64,000 nt of DNA from Candidatus Omnitrophota bacterium. GTDB taxonomy: Bacteria; Omnitrophota; Gorgyraeia; JAHJTE01. Shown piece after piece: positions 57,771-64,000 of this stretch. A program made the translations under genes and the position numbers. A model generated the notes under the pieces. It searched no databases. It was not told the origin of the DNA and saw nothing but the letters and a program-made list of their open reading frames with translations. Numbering within the stretch: the first letter of the stretch is position 1; each line of letters begins with the position of its first letter. The stretch spans positions 203,809 to 267,808 of the forward strand of contig JAHJTE010000002.1 in NCBI GenBank assembly GCA_018830005.1. Direction: 5' to 3'.

Positions 57771-58577
57771 TTAATCCTTCCAAATCTTCCAGGGCGCTTT
57801 TCCCCGCCATAGTCTATTAAGTAATTCGGCATCGCGTGCAACATCCATACACTGCCAGAATCCATCATGTTTATAAACGTTAAGTTGGCCAGTTTTTGCC
57901 AATCTTTCTAAAGGTTCCTGCTCTAGTATGCAATTGTCATCCTCTTTTAGTAATTTAAAAAACTTTCTGTTAAATACAAAAAAGCCGCCATTAATTAATG
58001 CATTTTTGCGAACCTTTATTGGCTTTTCATGAAAGATATCTACCCGGTTCTTCTTAATAAATAATTCTCCGAATTGATAACGAGCAACTGGAAAGACTCC
58101 TGTGACCGTCCCGATCTTCTTATGTCTTAAGTGAAACTCTAACAGCTTCCCAATGTCTACATTGGTAACCGCATCTCCATAAGTGAGCATAAAATTGTCT
58201 GACTCAATGAATCTCTCTATCTTCTTTACCCGCGCCCCTGTCTGAGCATCCTGCCCTGTATCAATAAGGGTAACGTTCCAATCCTCCAAAAGATGATGCT
58301 CAAGGGTCCTAATAGCACCACTCTTTAAATTTAAAATACAATCATAATTAAGCCCCTGGTAATTTAAAAAGTAATTCTTTATACCTTCTCCTTTATAACC
58401 TAAGCAAAGAACGAAATCATTAAAGCCATAGCTTGAATAAATCTTCATAATGTGCCAAAGAATGGGCCGACCCCCAATCTCCACCATAGGCTTAGGGCGA
58501 GATTCTGTTTCACTTCCTAAGCGCGTACCTCTACCACCACATAAAATTACTACCTTTATCTTATCTGTCTTTTTCAT
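57771..58577 (-). CDS. ddhA: Glucose-1-phosphate cytidylyltransferase
   Basis: KVVILCGGRGTRLGSETESRPKPMVEIGGRPILWHIMKIYS...GKAPWKIWKD matches the RfbF pattern end to end. ATG at 58577 with GGAAGGTG SD. Confidence 0.88.
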   Translation of the reverse strand: MKKTDKIKVVILCGGRGTRLGSETESRPKPMVEIGGRPILWHIMKIYSSYGFNDFVLCLGYKGEGIKNYFLNYQGLNYDCILNLKSGAIRTLEHHLLEDWNVTLIDTGQDAQTGARVKKIERFIESDNFMLTYGDAVTNVDIGKLLEFHLRHKKIGTVTGVFPVARYQFGELFIKKNRVDIFHEKPIKVRKNALINGGFFVFNRKFFKLLKEDDNCILEQEPLERLAKTGQLNVYKHDGFWQCMDVARDAELLNRLWRGKAPWKIWKD

Positions 58578-59823
58578 ATCTTTCACCTTCCTTTAAGGAT
58601 TTTTCGCTAACTTTAAATATCCCCATCAACAATCCTGTTTGAAACCAAAATAATGTCGCTACCTTGGAATAATAAAGGCTACTTTCGGTTAAGCCATTAA
58701 TTAAAAAGGCAATTATACCGGCACTTAGGCCTAGAAGACAAATCTTTAAAAAATGCCCTTTCATTAAAGAATTATATATCGTTGTTGCTTTTTTAAATAA
58801 GGCAAATAATAACCAAAAGAAAATACCTAAACCGCTAAGTCCAATTTCTCCTGCCATATGAAGGAAATTATTATGGGCATAATACTTATCTTCTTGCGTC
58901 CTGCCATATGACTGAACGGACTTATATTTCCCGTAGTTAAGGCAAAAGGTATTAACCCCGACTCCGATAAAAGGGTGATCTTTTATCATATTTAATGAAC
59001 TCTTATAGATGTATATCCTTTCTGCATTTAGTAAGACCTCCCATGTCGAACTCCTATTCTTGGCCCAATCCTTAATACCTGCCGGTAGCATCAAAGGAGC
59101 AATAAACAATGCTAAAACAAACAATATTAACAAGGCCTTGTCTTTCTGTAAAATAGCAATAAAGATAACTGCAACAATAAAACCTATCATTCCACCACGC
59201 GAAAAGGTAAATACAAGAGAGAAAAACGAAAGAATTGAGACTATTGTAAAAAATAATCGCTTTCTGTTTTTAAAAAAGTAAAGCCCAACAGAAATAGTGA
59301 GGGGTAGCAACAAAATTAAATAGATAGCAAAAACATTGGGATGTGGAAAGGCCGCCCTTACTCGCGGCAAAACAATAGTAAACTCTAACGGAAATCCTCT
59401 AAAAAAATCCTTGCCAAAATGCAATTGATAAATAGCATCCAGAGAGGCAAAAAGAAGCCCAAGAGCAGAAGAAGTTATAATTTTTCTAATGTGTTTGACA
59501 TCGACAACACTTTCACAAATAATCAGAAACAATAATCCATATTTTAACAATTTAAGTAAGCCATGGATGCTTACGGATAAATCAGTACTATTTTTTATAG
59601 AAAGTACAGAGATTAATATTAAAAATAAAAACGGAATGCTAATTACTGTCTTTACCAACCGATAATCTTTTGATAGGATTTTTTTAAAGATATAAGTAAA
59701 TACTAAACAGCCAACAACTATATTTACTGCAGCTGATGAAAAACTTCCGACAAATGGCAGAATAATAATTAACCAATATAATAGCCTAACAGAGCTTGAG
59801 ATTATTTTTTCTTTAAAAGACAT
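58561..59823 (-). CDS. O-antigen ligase/polymerase-family polytopic membrane protein (Wzy_C-like)
   Basis: About 10 TM helices; central loop FTFSRGGMIGFIVAVIF resembles the Wzy_C/O-antigen ligase domain. ATG at 59823 chosen; the track ORF begins at a TTG at 59850. Confidence 0.6.
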   Translation of the reverse strand: MSFKEKIISSSVRLLYWLIIILPFVGSFSSAAVNIVVGCLVFTYIFKKILSKDYRLVKTVISIPFLFLILISVLSIKNSTDLSVSIHGLLKLLKYGLLFLIICESVVDVKHIRKIITSSALGLLFASLDAIYQLHFGKDFFRGFPLEFTIVLPRVRAAFPHPNVFAIYLILLLPLTISVGLYFFKNRKRLFFTIVSILSFFSLVFTFSRGGMIGFIVAVIFIAILQKDKALLILFVLALFIAPLMLPAGIKDWAKNRSSTWEVLLNAERIYIYKSSLNMIKDHPFIGVGVNTFCLNYGKYKSVQSYGRTQEDKYYAHNNFLHMAGEIGLSGLGIFFWLLFALFKKATTIYNSLMKGHFLKICLLGLSAGIIAFLINGLTESSLYYSKVATLFWFQTGLLMGIFKVSEKSLKEGERYEKDR

Positions 59824-60518
59824 GTTTTTAGTCCTTTTATTAGAGCCCAAAGATATAGTTTTAAATAAACTAAACCCTGCTCTGCCACCAGGAATTTAGA
59901 TTTTCCTTTTTTTCTATCTATCCAAGTGGTAGGAATTTCGCTAATCCGAAAACCGGCAAAATATGCCTTGAGCGGTATCTCTACTGAAATCTCGAAACCG
60001 CTCGCCTTCAACTCAAAAGATTTTAAAACATCACGTCTATACATCTTAAATGAATTAGCAATATCATGCGTAGATACTTTAATTAACAAATATAAGCTTA
60101 ATCCTACAAACCTCGAGAAAAATGTCTTTAATTTTGGTCCGCCGACTTTCCTGCCTCCCTGCATATAACGAGAACCGCAGACAATATCATAGCCTTGTTC
60201 TATCCTTTCGTACATCTTAATTATTGTCTGAGGATCATCGCAAAGATCGGCCATTACCGGAACAATTAATTCACCGCTTGCGGCATTAAATCCTGTCCGC
60301 AGTGCATTGGCAAATCCAGCCCGGTTATGATTGTGTATTAATCTAACATTAGGAAATTTTCTAGACTGCTCCTGAACCACATTAATAGTATCATCTGTGG
60401 AATGATCATTAACTACTAACAGCTCATGCTCTAACTTCAGGATAGATTCTAACTGCTCAATGGTATCAGAAATAGAAGCTGCCTCGTTATGAGCTGGAAT
60501 AATAACAGATATTTTCAC
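59802..60518 (-). CDS. GT2 polyprenyl-phosphate glycosyltransferase (Dpm1/ArnC/GtrB-like)
   Basis: (M)KISVIIPAHNEAASI...VVNDHSTDDT...DADL; 238 aa. GTG start forming a GTGA overlap with the upstream GT-C gene. Confidence 0.75.
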   Translation of the reverse strand: MKISVIIPAHNEAASISDTIEQLESILKLEHELLVVNDHSTDDTINVVQEQSRKFPNVRLIHNHNRAGFANALRTGFNAASGELIVPVMADLCDDPQTIIKMYERIEQGYDIVCGSRYMQGGRKVGGPKLKTFFSRFVGLSLYLLIKVSTHDIANSFKMYRRDVLKSFELKASGFEISVEIPLKAYFAGFRISEIPTTWIDRKKGKSKFLVAEQGLVYLKLYLWALIKGLKTCLLKKK

Positions 60519-62581
60519 TTTATTATTTTATATATACGAATAGTATCATTAATGAATGCTAAGGAAAATTCCTCAGGATGATTACTCGCCCATTTTTCTT
60601 CTATAGGAAACTGGATTTTATCTGTAAGAAGTTCAGAATAAATAAACAGATAATCAGTGCCATGCGCCAACAAATTCTTAAGCCAAATGTTATAATTAGC
60701 TCCTCCTCTATAATTACCCGGTGCATCAAAATTCCTAAATGTGCCTTCATCAGTATGCCCCCAGATATATTTGGAATTTAGAAAATAATGTAACATGGCT
60801 GGCTCAACTTCATTTACTGATACATAATAAACATTATTCTTAAAATAACTTCCATATAAAGGAAAAGGAACCGGCCTTCCTATATAGGCAATATTATTGC
60901 CGCTAGTTTCTTGGTTAAGCCAGGCCCAGGCATGGGTTGCATCTGGCCAAAAACCAGAATAGTCTACCATTTTTACATAACGCTGGTGTTCATTTTTGAT
61001 ATAGTCCTTTTCTAAAAAGACAAATAACAAACCTAACGTCAGAAAAAGACAAATAATTGTTTTAAAGGTTATCTTAATCCTTTTAAGTCTCTTTATGATA
61101 AGCAATATAGCAAAGAATACCAAACTAAGCAAAAGAGACATAATTAATTCAAGGTGGCTAGCCAATTCTGCAATAGAGGCTAATAAGCATATTACTATCA
61201 AAATTGGTAATAATGGTTTTGGCAATTTTAAGTTCTTAATCGTATAAAAAGCGATTATAAGAGCTATTGCAAATAAGGCATAAATGTAGCGTAAATTTGG
61301 CAAGGGTATTAAGATACGAAGGCATAAAAATAAAAGGAGCGGTAAAATCATAAAGTAAATAAGATTGAAATCCAAATCCTTTTTTCTTTTTCTTAAGGCT
61401 GTAGGTAATCCTAAAAAAATAGCCGGCATTACAAACAATAGGGTCTGTGCGCCAAGGCCTTCTGAAAATAGCATCTTTACTAAACTAAAATCTCCTGGCC
61501 GAGTGGCCGTACGATAAATTGCATTATCAACAACTCCTTTAAGAATTGTCCGCCCGAATAATTTAAGATTTAAGGGGTATAAAGGATTGCCGGTCTGAAT
61601 AATATTCCTAATATAACCAAATCCACCTATAAGTATTATCAGAAAAACGCTTAGACAAATTAATACAAATGCTTTTTTAAGCTCAAAATTACTAAAACAA
61701 AAATATAGAAATGGTATAAATAGTAGCAAGGTAAAAGTAATTGCCGTACTCTTAATCCCCACCATCAACCCCAGACTAAGACTAAACAGGATGATATTTT
61801 TCCAAGAGCTATCTTTGTATAATAAGAATATGTAATTAAGCGTAGCTAAAAACATGCAAGCAACCATAACATCTATATAGGCAATCTCTAGCTGCTTGAA
61901 ATAATTGGGAATCAAGATAAAAAGTGAGGCAGAAAAAAAGGCATATTCTTTTGATAAATCTAATTTTTTGGCTAGAGAATAAACCGCCAGAAATGAGATA
62001 ATAAAAAAAGGAACCTGGCTTAGGTCGGCTAAGAATACATTTTTGAGTGGAAATATAAACCATAAGAAAAATAGACTACCGTTTATAGGATAATAAGATA
62101 CTGCTGGATCACCAGAAATACTTATAGGATTGGCTAAATTTGCCTGTTTTAGCCACTCTACCGGAAAACTAAAATGATAATTAAGGCTATCCCAACCAAA
62201 AGGAGGATTGACTAAATTAATTGCAATCTTAACTAAACCAAAACCTAAAATAACCGCTAAAGAGAAAAGTACTATCTTATTAAAGGTTAGATTATCTATG
62301 ACAAATGTAAATTTAAATCCTAAATTATTTCTTGGTTTAATGTTTTTAACTTTAATTATGATAAAAACAGTAAATAGAATACCTAAATTTAAAAGAATGA
62401 CATTAGCTAAGTAAAGTACATTTGCTATGCCTAATAATTGCTGGCTTAGAACAATTTGCGTAAAAAAAAGTATAAAAAAAGTTATGATGTAGTCGCATTT
62501 TTCTTTAAAAAAGAAAAAATACTTAAGAGATAAAAACGCGGTTGTTCCTACAATTAAGTTCATTAAAAGTAAAATAAACAT
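60515..62581 (-). CDS. Large polytopic membrane glycosyltransferase-like protein (GT-C fold, ArnT/PMT-like) with C-terminal soluble domain
   Basis: 688 aa; about 13 hydrophobic helices in the first 520 aa; periplasmic-loop acidic motif FGWDSLNYH; hydrophilic C-terminal domain of about 160 aa; coupled to the Dpm1-like GT2. Confidence 0.5.
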   Translation of the reverse strand: MFILLLMNLIVGTTAFLSLKYFFFFKEKCDYIITFFILFFTQIVLSQQLLGIANVLYLANVILLNLGILFTVFIIIKVKNIKPRNNLGFKFTFVIDNLTFNKIVLFSLAVILGFGLVKIAINLVNPPFGWDSLNYHFSFPVEWLKQANLANPISISGDPAVSYYPINGSLFFLWFIFPLKNVFLADLSQVPFFIISFLAVYSLAKKLDLSKEYAFFSASLFILIPNYFKQLEIAYIDVMVACMFLATLNYIFLLYKDSSWKNIILFSLSLGLMVGIKSTAITFTLLLFIPFLYFCFSNFELKKAFVLICLSVFLIILIGGFGYIRNIIQTGNPLYPLNLKLFGRTILKGVVDNAIYRTATRPGDFSLVKMLFSEGLGAQTLLFVMPAIFLGLPTALRKRKKDLDFNLIYFMILPLLLFLCLRILIPLPNLRYIYALFAIALIIAFYTIKNLKLPKPLLPILIVICLLASIAELASHLELIMSLLLSLVFFAILLIIKRLKRIKITFKTIICLFLTLGLLFVFLEKDYIKNEHQRYVKMVDYSGFWPDATHAWAWLNQETSGNNIAYIGRPVPFPLYGSYFKNNVYYVSVNEVEPAMLHYFLNSKYIWGHTDEGTFRNFDAPGNYRGGANYNIWLKNLLAHGTDYLFIYSELLTDKIQFPIEEKWASNHPEEFSLAFINDTIRIYKIIK

Positions 62582-62634
62582 TCCTAAGTCCCTTTAATTA
62601 ATTATTAATTTTCATTAACTTTGCTTCTAGACTT

Positions 62635-63501
62635 CTATCCAAATGTCCTTGCAATTTTGCTAATAACTGAAAGGTCAAATGTTCGCAAGCATAATGCCTT
62701 CAATAAATAGTAACGTGCTCTCTTTTTATCCAACTTCAAGGAATCCTTGCCCATTGTTCGGTAAAATCTAAAAAGATATCCCTTATCTTTTTTTAGAAGC
62801 TCAAAATTCTTTTTCAGAAACACCTCTTTGCCTTTTATTAATTCTGGGGTCACCATGTTAACATGGCTCTTTAAAATATGCCATGTTACTAAATTTTTAT
62901 TTAAAAAATAAATCTTATACTTTCTTGCTATTCTTACAAAATAATCGCCATCATCCCAATTGTTATACATAGCTTCATCAAAATAACCGATTCTTTTTAT
63001 TACCTCCATCGGCAGCATCCAACTTGAAGGAGGAGTAATTAAAACTCTTAATGGAAAAAACTTATCCTTGCTTGGATCATAAATGACTTTTGAATTGATT
63101 CTCTCGGTGATAAAAATTCTCCCTTCATCCTCACTAAATCCATTTGTATATATCAACCCAACATCAGAATTTAACTTTTTGAACAGATCTAACTGGGTTT
63201 GGAGTTTTTCGGGTAGCCATTCATCATCATCATCCAAAAAAGTAATAAATTCTCCCTTTGAATTTTTTAAACCTGTGTTTCTTGAAACGGCAACTCCTTT
63301 ATTTTTATCATGGCGCACTAATTTTACTCTATCATCAGTAATAGAGCTTATTATTTCATGGGTATTATCAGAAGAGGCATCGTCGATTAAAATAATTTCT
63401 AAATCCTTATAAGTCTGTTTTAAAACACTTTCTATGGCTCTTTTTATGACAAAAGATCTATTATAGGTAATAATAATTACGCTAATCAATAGCCTAGTCA
63501 T
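62635..63501 (-). CDS. Glycosyltransferase family 2
   Basis: ISVIIITYNRSFVI...LIDDASSDNT; 288 aa. Confidence 0.7.
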   Translation of the reverse strand: MTRLLISVIIITYNRSFVIKRAIESVLKQTYKDLEIILIDDASSDNTHEIISSITDDRVKLVRHDKNKGVAVSRNTGLKNSKGEFITFLDDDDEWLPEKLQTQLDLFKKLNSDVGLIYTNGFSEDEGRIFITERINSKVIYDPSKDKFFPLRVLITPPSSWMLPMEVIKRIGYFDEAMYNNWDDGDYFVRIARKYKIYFLNKNLVTWHILKSHVNMVTPELIKGKEVFLKKNFELLKKDKGYLFRFYRTMGKDSLKLDKKRARYYLLKALCLRTFDLSVISKIARTFG

Positions 63502-63547
63502 TTTTCAAAATAAAATATTGTATATATAGCTTTGGGCAGCAATAGCT

Positions 63548-64000
63548 CTAACGGCGTACTTTTGCCTTATTTTTTTTCTTTTTTATTCTTCTAATGCCGC
63601 TCTTTTCTAAAATATCTTTAAAAAAATATTCAATTTCCTTTATTATAAATTTATTAGAATGCAACATATTTAGAAAGAAAAACCTAGATATTTTTTTCCG
63701 CTTTTGTATTGCTGCCGTAAAAATATTAAGTGTTAAACGTGAATTTTCTTTTGTATATATCTTCCAGGTGTAATCAGTTAACCAGAAACTATCATCAATC
63801 GCGCCTTGTTGCTTTGCAATACTGTATAGTTCTGTTCCGGGAAATAACATTATTCCATTAGCCACTTCTACATCAGTAGGATTAGTACGGTTTAAGAAAT
63901 CTATAGTCTCATTGATAGTCTGCCAGTTCTCGCCAAGAGAACCAGCAATAAGCAAGGTAACGCTCCTTATATTAAATGAATTTATGAGCTGAATTGCTTT
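63548..64000 (-). CDS. Radical SAM-superfamily protein, C-terminal portion only (5' end beyond window)
   Basis: Frame open to the window edge (KAIQLINSFNIRSVTLLIAGSLGENWQTINETIDFLNRTNP...). The LIAG.PGE..ET.....F pattern matches radical SAM / B12-binding radical SAM C-terminal regions. Lys-rich tail. Confidence 0.5.
   Translation of the reverse strand, partial: KAIQLINSFNIRSVTLLIAGSLGENWQTINETIDFLNRTNPTDVEVANGIMLFPGTELYSIAKQQGAIDDSFWLTDYTWKIYTKENSRLTLNIFTAAIQKRKKISRFFFLNMLHSNKFIIKEIEYFFKDILEKSGIRRIKKKKNKAKVRR

Overview
A 64 kb AT-rich bacterial chromosomal segment (GC content not computed) with every recognisable gene on the minus strand: about 60 tightly packed CDSs, many joined by ATGA/GTGA stop-start overlaps. 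There is no rRNA, tRNA, CRISPR array, transposase or integrase.

Content from low to high coordinate, which is the 3' to 5' transcription order:
- a partial S41 C-terminal processing peptidase at the window edge
- gatB-gatA-gatC
- rsmA(ksgA)-pdxA-surA-like, the same order as the E. coli surA-pdxA-ksgA operon
- a compact mfd
- fused secDF, yajC, rpsP
- an orphan TrpE/PabB-family chorismate enzyme
- a histidine operon, hisD-B-H-A-F-I
- alaS, recX, htrA, recA, smc
- a PilZ protein
- a Bcd/EtfBA module with a ferredoxin-fused EtfA, and an N-acetylglutamate-synthase-like GNAT
- a TPR-tailed polytopic membrane (GT-C-like) protein, translationally coupled to the end of an oppABCDF peptide ABC importer
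- gap-pgk-tpiA-secG
- fmt, priA
- a roughly 20 kb envelope-glycan (LPS core/O-antigen-type) cluster. It holds GT28, gmhB, two GT9 heptosyltransferases, five GT2 enzymes and a DegT aminotransferase. It also holds a split transketolase and a complete-looking CDP-3,6-dideoxyhexose module (ddhA, ddhB, ddhC, a prt-like reductase and a tyv-like 2-epimerase). It further holds an O-antigen-ligase family protein and a Dpm1/ArnC-like GT2 coupled to a large GT-C membrane transferase. A partial radical-SAM protein sits at the far edge.

Two near-consensus sigma70 promoters and one intrinsic-terminator-like hairpin can be read directly. I found no block of uncharacterised genes that would indicate a new defence or mobile system. 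Every coding-strand ORF of 100 aa or more falls into a recognisable family. The most unusual points are a minimal Mfd, the split transketolase inside the glycan cluster, the dideoxyhexose pathway, and the Opp operon ending in a TPR/GT-C-like membrane protein. All family assignments rest on motif recognition by eye from the translations, not on database searches.
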